Shown piece after piece: positions 26,606-34,531 of a stretch of 64,000 nt of DNA (positions within the stretch are counted from its first letter, which is position 1; every line of letters starts with the position of its first letter). The translations under genes and the position numbers were made by a program. This stretch comes from a virus (lineage: Duplodnaviria; Caudoviricetes): the IMG/VR virus record IMGVR_UViG_3300025715_000361, positions 1-64,000 of that record; one strand, given 5' to 3'. The notes under the pieces were generated by a model that was not told the origin of the DNA, did no database searches, and saw nothing but the letters and a program-made list of their open reading frames with translations.

Positions 26606-26634
26606 AATATAATCATTTAATTTGAAGTTGTCAA
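26606..26634 (-). promoter_or_regulatory. sigma70-type promoter for the free-standing HNH
   Basis: TTGACA (26634-26629)-17 bp-TATATT (26611-26606). Confidence 0.75.
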
Positions 26635-26635
26635 T

Positions 26636-26686
26636 ATGAAAGTCGATGGCAATCATTTTTCAATCACTTATGGAGGGAAATCATGA
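26636..26686 (+). pseudogene. displaced relic of an M15 endolysin 3' end
   Basis: Encodes (MKV)DGNHFSITYGGKS*, matching the intact gene's DGCHFSIEYQGRK*. Confidence 0.7.
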
Positions 26687-26835
26687 GGATGGAGCAAGTA
26701 AGAAGGGAAAGGTGCGAAGCAATGTTTGAGGCGAGGATGTGCGATCATTGCTTTGTAAAAGCAGATTATTGCAAGGTTGGAACAATTGAGCGTAGGAAAG
26801 AGGAACGCAGAAAACGGGAACGGAGGGGTGAATGA
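26683..26835 (+). CDS. 50-aa basic protein with three Cys-motif residues clustered (CDHC...C)
   Basis: Manual translation MRMEQVRRERCEAMFEARMCDHCFVKADYCKV...; GGAGGG RBS inside the relic. Confidence 0.5.
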   Translation: MRMEQVRRERCEAMFEARMCDHCFVKADYCKVGTIERRKEERRKRERRGE

Positions 26836-27119
26836 AGATTCTGGTTTGCGTTCTTTTTGTGGTGTTCTGCGTTGCGGGGTGCTGTATCGACAAATTTGGA
26901 AGAGTGTGGGTAGGGAAATGCTATGAGGGAAAGGAGATTGACATGAACCCATCGGAAATTAAAAATGACAAAGATATGATTAAATATCTTCAGCAACAAA
27001 ACGATATTTTAACAAAGGACAAGGAAAAGCTTACGGCACTATTGGAAAAAAGAGACGTAGGGGAAGGACACCTTTTAGGAAAGAAGAAATGGGTTGAGCC
27101 CGTATGGTGGCAATTATGA
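26832..27119 (+). CDS. exported/lipoprotein-like hypothetical protein
   Basis: Hydrophobic N-terminus ending VAGCC. Confidence 0.55.
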   Translation: MKILVCVLFVVFCVAGCCIDKFGRVWVGKCYEGKEIDMNPSEIKNDKDMIKYLQQQNDILTKDKEKLTALLEKRDVGEGHLLGKKKWVEPVWWQL

Positions 27120-27226
27120 AATGGTACGATGTTTTGTTGGTTTTGGCAATGCTTTGCATGGTGTTGGGATTGGTGATGGTTGGATTGGGGTTGTTCTCAA
27201 ACCACACCTATCATCCATTTTATTAG
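27116..27226 (+). CDS. 36-aa hydrophobic membrane peptide
   Basis: Manual translation MKWYDVLLVLAMLCMVLGLVMVGLGLFSNHTYHPFY. Confidence 0.4.
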   Translation: MKWYDVLLVLAMLCMVLGLVMVGLGLFSNHTYHPFY

Positions 27227-27240
27227 GAGGATATGCGGAC

Positions 27241-27813
27241 ATGATGAAACGACTACTGACCATCGGATGCGTAACGCTGCTCCTTGCGACGCTGATTGGG
27301 TGCGGTCCCTCGGCGTTGCAGATTCAGGCCGAGATTGCGTACTACGAAGCGATCGCCTCTATTCAGAAGAACCAGGCCGCTAAACCATTGGTAAGGATTG
27401 TGCCAAGTGATCCAACCAAGGCAATGATGATGGACAACGTAGGGGCAATCGAAGTCTATCAGCAGGTGGCGGACAAGAGCATCGTCCAGTACCAGCAACG
27501 GGACTATTCCGAACCCGCCTGGCGTTTTCTCACGGCGGCAACGGGCATCATTGCACCGTGGGTAGGGGTAGGAGTGCTGGCCCATGAGTTCGGGCAGATG
27601 AATAACGGCACGACCTACAACTATCACAACGAGGTAGGGGCAGGGGCAACGGGGCAGTTCCGGGTAGTCGGCAATACAAGCGCAACAGGAGGGCCAGCGA
27701 CGGGGATCAGCGACGCGACAAGCGTCCCCACAGTTGTCAACCCGGTCATCATGGAACCGAGCGTGCATATTGTGCCGCAGCCGGAGCCTATCATAGTACA
27801 ACCAACCAAATAA
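27241..27813 (+). CDS. lipoprotein
   Basis: MMKRLLTIGCVTLLLATLIGC lipobox-like signal; AGGAGG RBS; the ORF-track start 27094 is probably too early. Confidence 0.65.
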   Translation: MMKRLLTIGCVTLLLATLIGCGPSALQIQAEIAYYEAIASIQKNQAAKPLVRIVPSDPTKAMMMDNVGAIEVYQQVADKSIVQYQQRDYSEPAWRFLTAATGIIAPWVGVGVLAHEFGQMNNGTTYNYHNEVGAGATGQFRVVGNTSATGGPATGISDATSVPTVVNPVIMEPSVHIVPQPEPIIVQPTK

Positions 27814-27823
27814 GGAGGATAAC

Positions 27824-28012
27824 ATGGTAGCGTATATCATCGACAGACTTAAGGAAGCATCGACTTGGCGTGGCATCATCGCATTTCTAACGGCGGCGGG
27901 CTTGTCCATCAGCCCCGAGTTGGGAGAGAAGATTATCGCCGTCGGCCTTGCCATCATCGGCGTCATCGGGATGGTGTTCAAGGACGGCAAGGGTGGAGCG
28001 GAGGTGAAGTGA
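27824..28012 (+). CDS. small two-TM holin-like protein
   Basis: RLKEASTWRGI...GLAIIGVIG; 62 aa. Confidence 0.65.
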   Translation: MVAYIIDRLKEASTWRGIIAFLTAAGLSISPELGEKIIAVGLAIIGVIGMVFKDGKGGAEVK

Positions 28013-28158
28013 TGGCAACATTCTTCAAACTGCTGTTTAGTCTGCTTGGGTCGAACAGTGTTTACAAGCTCATTGACAAGGCGTTGGACAACTACCACGC
28101 TCTCACACCAGAGCAAATCGCGGCTCTGAAAAAGAGGTTCGATGACATCCCCGAGTGA
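28012..28158 (+). CDS. 48-aa hypothetical protein
   Basis: MATFFKLLFSLLG...; GGAGG RBS. Confidence 0.5.
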   Translation: MATFFKLLFSLLGSNSVYKLIDKALDNYHALTPEQIAALKKRFDDIPE

Positions 28159-28168
28159 TTATAAGACC

Positions 28169-28315
28169 ATGAACCCATTGATTGCAAGGATTCTGCTGAC
28201 AGTTGCGATTAAGATGAAGCATTACGAGAACCTTACAGAAGATCAGAAAAAGGCTTTTCAGGAAGCCGTAAACAAACTGCCCGTAAGCGAACTGCAGACG
28301 GGAATGGAGCCATAG
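28169..28315 (+). CDS. 48-aa hypothetical protein
   Basis: Manual translation MNPLIARILLTVAIKMKHYENLTEDQKKAFQEAVNKLPVSELQTGMEP. Confidence 0.4.
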   Translation: MNPLIARILLTVAIKMKHYENLTEDQKKAFQEAVNKLPVSELQTGMEP

Positions 28316-28324
28316 GAGGATGGT

Positions 28325-28630
28325 ATGAAAAAGATTATCGTAGTGATTTTGGTATTGTTGGCAAGTACAGTTTTTGCCGCTGATCCATACATTGTAACAG
28401 ACCCTCAAGAGGGAGTTATCGGATATACTCTTGGCGGGTTGACGGATCAGACGGTTGCGGCACAGCAAGATGGATCGTTGCTTTATAACGTGCGGAGTGC
28501 TCCGATAGGAACAACCGAAGTAACAATTGCGGCTTGTAATTTATGGGGGGATTGCGGTGCCTCCGTCCCTTTCGTTTTAAAACGGATCGTACCGGGGCCG
28601 CCTGTTGGGACACGATTCGAGGTCAGATAG
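28325..28630 (+). CDS. secreted beta-sandwich-like protein
   Basis: Signal peptide MKKIIVVILVLLASTVFA; AGGAGG RBS. Confidence 0.6.
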   Translation: MKKIIVVILVLLASTVFAADPYIVTDPQEGVIGYTLGGLTDQTVAAQQDGSLLYNVRSAPIGTTEVTIAACNLWGDCGASVPFVLKRIVPGPPVGTRFEVR

Positions 28631-28631
28631 T

Positions 28632-29099
28632 ATGCGTAGAGTATTTCACATACTTGCCATTGTGATGATAGCGGCACAGGCATACGCATTGGATTGCAGT
28701 CACAAGCCCCCATGCCCTCCCGGCACAACGGCACAAGAGTCGGTTTCTTGCGATGCCTGTTGTCCTACTGGTTCATTCATTACCAGTGCAGAAGATAAGT
28801 TTTGTTGCCCAGAGGGTTATATCCCATCTCCAGATAACACAAACTGCATTCCAAAAGGGGCGTTCCTCAAGTCTGATGGAACGTGTTATGTCATGAATGA
28901 GACAGATGCCTGTTGTCTGGCGGGATGGCACACCGTAAATCAGTATGAATGCTGTCCAGATGGTTTCACACTTGCTACTGATAATGAATTTTGCTGTACG
29001 CAAAGAGCGGACGGGAAATGTTGTGCTCCGAATTTCAGGTTGAATGTACTGACTGGACGTTGCATTCCCCCGAAGCCAACGGGGGTGATGTTAAGGTGA
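28632..29099 (+). CDS. secreted cysteine-rich protein (18 Cys, CC doublets)
   Basis: Signal peptide MRRVFHILAIVMIAAQAYA; CCPTG, CCPEG, CCLAG, CCPDG repeats. Confidence 0.65.
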   Translation: MRRVFHILAIVMIAAQAYALDCSHKPPCPPGTTAQESVSCDACCPTGSFITSAEDKFCCPEGYIPSPDNTNCIPKGAFLKSDGTCYVMNETDACCLAGWHTVNQYECCPDGFTLATDNEFCCTQRADGKCCAPNFRLNVLTGRCIPPKPTGVMLR

Positions 29100-29329
29100 A
29101 GTCGTTAGAGGAAAGAAGGAAATCGGATAGGGAAAGACAGGCAAAGTGCCGAAACAAGAAACTGGAGAAAGAGTTTTACGCAGAATTTTCCAAACTCAAA
29201 ACCATGAAGGAGGGGGCAGAATGGATGAGGATGAGGAGAATAAACCAGTGGAAACCGCCGTTAAAAGATATGGAAGCAATATGGAGGGAATTGCATGGTG
29301 ACTGTGAAAGTCGGCAAGGCTGTGAGTGA
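29096..29329 (+). CDS. basic hypothetical protein
   Basis: GTG start overlapping the previous stop, within ORF 28991..29329. Confidence 0.45.
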   Translation: MKSLEERRKSDRERQAKCRNKKLEKEFYAEFSKLKTMKEGAEWMRMRRINQWKPPLKDMEAIWRELHGDCESRQGCE

Positions 29330-29864
29330 AGACATTATCACGATAAAGGAAGTCCACAACATTCCACAGGAGAAGTTACCGGCAATATGTTTTTGCAACG
29401 GGTTTACTTCTCTTTTTGGGATGCTGATTTCGTTGCGGACAAACGAGTATTATAACCATTTCATGATGCTTACAAGCCCTCATGAATTCGCAAGCCAATG
29501 GTGGTGGTACAAGAAATTCCCGGTGGAGCATTTTTCTAAACACGCCATTAAAATCGTTTGGAACGAAAATTGGACGGATGTCCAGAGGAAGGTGATACTC
29601 CAATCGGTTGAAAACCGCATGAAAGAAGGGCCGTGGAAAACGAGGTATGACATCCTTGGGGTTATCGGACAGGCTATCGGGGTTCCAAGTCTCCAGAACA
29701 AGAAACTGGATTACTGCTCCGAAACAATCAAGCATATTGCTTTGGTTGATCCTGAATGTGCGAAGTTTTTGGATAGTGAACCGCACCCGAGGCCGGAAGA
29801 AATTAACGATTGGGTAAAAACGCAATCAGGATACAGAACCTTGGCAAGAGTGGTACCAGAATAG
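29295..29864 (+). CDS. permuted papain-like (YiiX/YebB-type NlpC/P60) enzyme
   Basis: YNHFMM His before RYD..G and YCSE Cys. Confidence 0.6.
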   Translation: MVTVKVGKAVSEDIITIKEVHNIPQEKLPAICFCNGFTSLFGMLISLRTNEYYNHFMMLTSPHEFASQWWWYKKFPVEHFSKHAIKIVWNENWTDVQRKVILQSVENRMKEGPWKTRYDILGVIGQAIGVPSLQNKKLDYCSETIKHIALVDPECAKFLDSEPHPRPEEINDWVKTQSGYRTLARVVPE

Positions 29865-29869
29865 GTTAT

Positions 29870-29929
29870 GCTTCGGGGGATAGGCTTATAACCGAAAGCC
29901 GGACTCCCTCACCGGCCCTCCCCCGAAGC
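29870..29929 (+). other. branched stem-loop leader upstream of the glycosyltransferase
   Basis: GCTTCGGGGGA/TCCCCCGAAGC outer stem enclosing GCCGG/CCGGC inner stem. Confidence 0.45.
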
Positions 29930-29969
29930 CACTTACAAGAGGGATACCCTACGAGGGATAGGAGGATTC

Positions 29970-32852
29970 ATGTTTAAAGAGATTAAGGTAGTAGCGACAT
30001 TTAACGAAAGAACTGGGTACGGGATTCACGGTTCGAGGTTTTTCCCGAAACTGTTGGATCGTCTTGGAAAGTTTAAGGACGGAGAGGGTGTTGCTACCGT
30101 ATCCCTCCTTGATGTGGTATCTGCCTCCCATGTCACGGCAGTTCACCCGTCTCCGTCCATCCTTTACAACGTCTGGGAGTCAACGGAATATCCAATGGCT
30201 TTCATGGAGAAGCTGAAAAATTACGATCAGCTTTGGGTTCCTTCTGAATGGCAGAGGTCTTGTTCAATTGCACAGGGAATACCGGAAGAGTTTGTAAAGG
30301 TAGTGCCGGAAGGCGTTGATCCAGATGTTTACAAGCCAGTAGATGTTGAAATCGGGGAAATATTTACATTTGTTCATGTGGGGCAATGGCAACCGAGAAA
30401 ATCCACTTTGGAAGTCATACAGTCTTTTTTGAAAGCGTTTCCAGACAACGACAGCGTGCGGTTGGAATTGTCTGTGGATACGTTGTTTCCATCGGATCAG
30501 TACAAATCCACTGAAGAAAGGTTGGAAGCCTGTGGCATCAAAGACAAAAGAATCATCGTTGTGCATTTCGAGGAAAGAGAGGACTATATCAGGAGGTTAC
30601 AGAGGGCGGGGTGCTTTGTTAGCTGTTCACGTTCCGAGGGATGGGGTTTGCCGATCATCGAGGCAATGGCGTGTGGAGTACCGACAATCGTGGCAGATTT
30701 TGGAGGTTCAACCGAGTACGCTTTTGATGCGATTAAAGTACGTGTGCCTAAACTGATTAAGCCCTATGGGATTTACGGAAACTGGGATGTGCCGGGGTAC
30801 TGGGGAGAGCCTGATTTCGATCATCTGGTGGAGCAAATGAGGGCTGTTTACAGCGATTATTACGGTTACAAGAAAAGAGCCCTTGAATCATCTGAACGGA
30901 TAAGGCGGGACTTCTCATGGGACAAGGCCGCAGACAAGGCTATGGTGATTCTTGAAAGTCTGTCACAGCGGTACAAGCCACAGGAATACAAGATCGAAAA
31001 CAAGAAAGAAGGAGTTTTCGTGGTGGATTGCTGGCCCAGTTCAAAAGAAAAGATGCAAACGCTTGTTGAAACGGTTGAGCAAATCCATAGTTACGGGTTT
31101 CCGGTGATTATAACTTCTCATTATGCCCTGCCGGATGAGGTGATTAAAAAGGCAGAATACTACATTTATGACCGTGAAGATATCATGTCTGGTGATGACA
31201 AACCCTATTATTGGAGAATCAGACCGGACGGAACAAGGGAAACAAAACGAGCCAATGTCGAATATCAGGGTGTCGCCGCAATAAACAACTTCCGGAATGC
31301 CATCGATTTCTGCCGAGGAAGGTTCGAGTGGGTATACCAGATGGGGGCAGACATTGAGGTCGATATGGAAACGTGGTTATCCCTTGTTTCGTCCTCTGAT
31401 AAAGACTTGGTTTGCATCCCGTATGAAGGAGTTAAAAACGGCGTTGGCGGCGGTATCATGGCCGGTAAAACGGAACTATATGACAAGCTGATACCAAGGC
31501 TGAAATCATGGAAGCAGTATGCAGACCTGTACCCGAATGAGAAGTTTGTTGCGGAACGATGGCTTTACCGTTACTTCACCGATACAATGCCGGATTTCGA
31601 TAACATTGTCGATTGGGTGAATATTGAGACAACAAACAGGTGGGATAACGTGGACAGAACGGTTTGGAAAGACGATGACTTTATCTGCCATTTCGTAGAA
31701 GGGCCGTTCCTTCAGATTGTCGGGGGAAGTGTAAACGAATACGATGTGGAGTGGTCAACTCCAACCAATCCGCTTTTGTACACGTTGAAGCAGAAAGCGG
31801 GAATGTGGAGCCGTCCGAATATAAAATATTATCAGCCGTGGACTGTCAAGGCGAAGCTGAACGGGGAAGTCAAATTTGAGCATTCCTTTGATCCCAGAGG
31901 GAAAAGGGTTCTTGTGTGCATGGGGTCAAAGGCTTTGGGTGACACTTTGGCGTGGATGCCCTATGTAGAAGAATTCCGTAAAAAGTGGGATTGCCACTTG
32001 ATCTGTTCGAGTTGGTGGATTGACATTCTGGATTACCCTGAAATTGAATACGTGAAGCCGGGTTCTGGGGTGGAAAACATTTACGCAAGTTTCAATGTGG
32101 GGTGTTTTGACAATCAGTTGGAATTGAATGTCGAAAACTGGAGAACAACGATACTCCAGAAAGTGTCTGCGGACATCCTTGGGATCGATTACACGCCGAT
32201 AAAGGCAAAGCTGAAATTTACTCCGCACCGTGAAGGGAACGGGAAACCCAAAAAGCCATACGTTTGCTTTTCGGAATACTCGACCATGCAGAACAAATTC
32301 TGGAACCGTGATGGGGCGTGGCAGAATATTATCGATTACCTTGTTGATCTTGGATACGATTGCATTTCTATAAGCCCTGAAGGTACTTTGCTTAAAAACG
32401 TGGTTCAACATAACGGACAGCCAATTGAGCATACAATTGCAGATATTGCCGGATGTGAATTTTATCTTGGCTTGAACCATGGCCCCGCATGGATTGCTTA
32501 TTCGCTTGGTGTCCCTGCGGTGATGATTACGGGAGTGAGTGAACCGTGGAACGATTTCCCGAATCCGTACAGGGTTTCGAGCGATGTGTGCAGACCGGGG
32601 TGTTTCAACGATCCGTCCCTTCCAATCAATCGGGGTTGGGAATGGTGTCCACGAAACAAGAATTACGAGTGTACGAGAGCGATAACAGAAGGAATGGTAA
32701 TTGAAGCAATAAATCGGTTGAGAAAGGATTACGGGTATGCCTGCGAAATCCAAAAAACAGCGGAGATTGATGGCGATGGCAGAACACCATCCGGAAATGA
32801 TCTCGGAGAAGAACAGTGGGGTGCTGTCAATGTCAAAAGACCAGTTGCATGA
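29970..32852 (+). CDS. three-domain glycosyltransferase: GT4 + unassigned middle domain + TibC/Aah-like protein O-glycosyltransferase
   Basis: GT4: SRSEGWGLPIIEAMACG; C-terminal GKRVLV..GSKALGDTLAWMPYVEEFRKK...GLNHGPAWIAYSLG and Cys motif CRPGC...WCP...EC. Confidence 0.8.
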   Translation: MFKEIKVVATFNERTGYGIHGSRFFPKLLDRLGKFKDGEGVATVSLLDVVSASHVTAVHPSPSILYNVWESTEYPMAFMEKLKNYDQLWVPSEWQRSCSIAQGIPEEFVKVVPEGVDPDVYKPVDVEIGEIFTFVHVGQWQPRKSTLEVIQSFLKAFPDNDSVRLELSVDTLFPSDQYKSTEERLEACGIKDKRIIVVHFEEREDYIRRLQRAGCFVSCSRSEGWGLPIIEAMACGVPTIVADFGGSTEYAFDAIKVRVPKLIKPYGIYGNWDVPGYWGEPDFDHLVEQMRAVYSDYYGYKKRALESSERIRRDFSWDKAADKAMVILESLSQRYKPQEYKIENKKEGVFVVDCWPSSKEKMQTLVETVEQIHSYGFPVIITSHYALPDEVIKKAEYYIYDREDIMSGDDKPYYWRIRPDGTRETKRANVEYQGVAAINNFRNAIDFCRGRFEWVYQMGADIEVDMETWLSLVSSSDKDLVCIPYEGVKNGVGGGIMAGKTELYDKLIPRLKSWKQYADLYPNEKFVAERWLYRYFTDTMPDFDNIVDWVNIETTNRWDNVDRTVWKDDDFICHFVEGPFLQIVGGSVNEYDVEWSTPTNPLLYTLKQKAGMWSRPNIKYYQPWTVKAKLNGEVKFEHSFDPRGKRVLVCMGSKALGDTLAWMPYVEEFRKKWDCHLICSSWWIDILDYPEIEYVKPGSGVENIYASFNVGCFDNQLELNVENWRTTILQKVSADILGIDYTPIKAKLKFTPHREGNGKPKKPYVCFSEYSTMQNKFWNRDGAWQNIIDYLVDLGYDCISISPEGTLLKNVVQHNGQPIEHTIADIAGCEFYLGLNHGPAWIAYSLGVPAVMITGVSEPWNDFPNPYRVSSDVCRPGCFNDPSLPINRGWEWCPRNKNYECTRAITEGMVIEAINRLRKDYGYACEIQKTAEIDGDGRTPSGNDLGEEQWGAVNVKRPVA

Positions 32853-32928
32853 CTTTGCGGCAACATCGGAAAAAAATCTGCCTAACCGCAAGCGGAAGGG
32901 ATACGGGTTGGGGAAGAAGAGAAAATAA
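32737..32928 (+). CDS. small basic protein (DUF3008-like)
   Basis: MPAKSKKQRRLM...SMSKDQLHDFAAT..KNLP; overlaps the GT 3' end by 116 nt. Confidence 0.55.
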   Translation: MPAKSKKQRRLMAMAEHHPEMISEKNSGVLSMSKDQLHDFAATSEKNLPNRKRKGYGLGKKRK

Positions 32929-32941
32929 GGAGGATTGAAAA

Positions 32942-33112
32942 ATGGCAAAGGGATTTGGGCTTGGAAAACCGGAAGTGGAAACGGAAACCATGGGGCCGTT
33001 GACGAAGCTTTATTTGCAGGCAAAAGTCGCAAAAGAGGTTGAAGAGAGGAAAAAAGCAGAACCACCGCCTGCTCCTCCTCCTCCTGAAGAAAAGAAGGTA
33101 AAGCCTTATTAA
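32942..33112 (+). CDS. 56-aa Pro/Glu-rich protein
   Basis: Manual translation MAKGFGLGKP...PPPAPPPPEEKKVKPY; AGGAGG RBS. Confidence 0.5.
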   Translation: MAKGFGLGKPEVETETMGPLTKLYLQAKVAKEVEERKKAEPPPAPPPPEEKKVKPY

Positions 33113-33124
33113 TAGGTAGGGAAA

Positions 33125-34054
33125 ATGCAAGGGCAATTCGAGCAAAGTTTGGATCGGTTTTCCGGTCTTGACAATGTACGGGACAAGCACAGGCTGATTC
33201 CGCAACCGATTTACCATAAAGGGATATATCTTGTTCCGTTATGGCAAGCGGACAATGTTGAGATCGATGATACTCACCAGTTGAAATCGAGGTCTGGATA
33301 TACAAGGGTTGCGTCTGGATCACAGATACACTCCATGTGGTCGAACAATGAGGTCTGCTTATATGTGGATGGGACTTCGTTGATGCAACTGAATTCAAGC
33401 TATTCGTCAATTACTTTGAGAACCGGCCTGACACCGAATGCGAGAATGTCATATGCGGACTTCAACGACAAAATCTACTACTCGAATGAATTCGAGATCG
33501 GGTTTGTAAGGAATTCAACGAACAACGGTGTTGTTGATCCGAGTATGGCGTTCAAGAAAGACATCCCTGCCGGTCAGTTGCTTGCTGTTTACAATTCAAG
33601 TTTGTTCGTGGCAAGGGACGATACGTTGTATATCTCTGATCCGCTGTGCGATTATTACGATATCAGGAAGGGATACCGCAGATTCAATAACCGGATAACG
33701 ATGGTGAGGCCGGTTAGCGATGGAATCTACATTTCCGATGATCGCATATGGTTCATGTCCGGCCCGTCAAACGAAGATTTTGAATTGTCGGAAGCGTATC
33801 CTTCTCAAGCATTGCCGAATACTGATGTGAATGTTGCCGGACAGTATGTCAGCGAAGAGGGAATGCAGGGCGTGGTTGCCATATGGACATCAAGGGATGG
33901 CATCTGCTTGGGTGATAGCAAGGGGAAGGTCATAAGCCTTACTGAATCAAGGTATGATTATGGCACAGCCGGTACTGCGGGAATAAGGAGGAGAGGGGCG
34001 GCGTATATCAGGGAGATAAACAATCAGAGACACTACATCAATTCAATGTATTAG
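33125..34054 (+). CDS. tail/nozzle-like beta-rich structural protein
   Basis: 309 aa, beta-propeller-like composition, contains GTAGTAG. Confidence 0.6.
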   Translation: MQGQFEQSLDRFSGLDNVRDKHRLIPQPIYHKGIYLVPLWQADNVEIDDTHQLKSRSGYTRVASGSQIHSMWSNNEVCLYVDGTSLMQLNSSYSSITLRTGLTPNARMSYADFNDKIYYSNEFEIGFVRNSTNNGVVDPSMAFKKDIPAGQLLAVYNSSLFVARDDTLYISDPLCDYYDIRKGYRRFNNRITMVRPVSDGIYISDDRIWFMSGPSNEDFELSEAYPSQALPNTDVNVAGQYVSEEGMQGVVAIWTSRDGICLGDSKGKVISLTESRYDYGTAGTAGIRRRGAAYIREINNQRHYINSMY

Positions 34055-34066
34055 GAGGACGGGAAA

Positions 34067-34519
34067 ATGGCATTCAGACTTTCGACAGGGTTAAGGACGG
34101 GGCTTCTTGGGACTTGGGGTTTTAAGGAGCTTATGGACAACGGGTGGCTGGATATTTACACCGGAGCACAGCCGACACATCCGGATTACGTGGAAACCGG
34201 CACGAAACTGGTACGGATCAGTTCCACGTGCGGAGCCGGAGTTGATGACGGTTGCAAGTTTGGGACAGCCGGTACGGGGGTTCTTCCAATCGGCGGGGTT
34301 GCGTGGCAGGGTGTTGTGCTTGCGGACGGAGTTGCCGGATGGGCAAGATACTATGCTTCTTCAGGAACGGGCGGCCAAACCGGAACAAGCGGTACGGCGA
34401 TCAGATTTGACTTGTCTGTTGGAGTATCCGGTGCTGACCTGAACCTTTCACATACGAGCCTGACAACGGGTGCTACGCTCACAATTACTGCGGCAAACGT
34501 GACTCAGCCGGAAGAATAA
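34067..34519 (+). CDS. Gly/Thr-rich structural protein, paralog of 34532..34975
   Basis: MAFRLSTGLR...LDIYTGAQP...AGWAR...RFDLSVG. Confidence 0.7.
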   Translation: MAFRLSTGLRTGLLGTWGFKELMDNGWLDIYTGAQPTHPDYVETGTKLVRISSTCGAGVDDGCKFGTAGTGVLPIGGVAWQGVVLADGVAGWARYYASSGTGGQTGTSGTAIRFDLSVGVSGADLNLSHTSLTTGATLTITAANVTQPEE

Positions 34520-34531
34520 CGGAGGTGCGTC

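Noticed and set aside
25976-26640. Group I intron in the endolysin
   Set aside because: HNH is antisense with its own promoter, the upstream gene is already complete, and no intron core was recognisable.
31926-33410. 494-aa minus ORF
   Set aside because: Spans three + strand genes antisense; composition not protein-like; no motifs.
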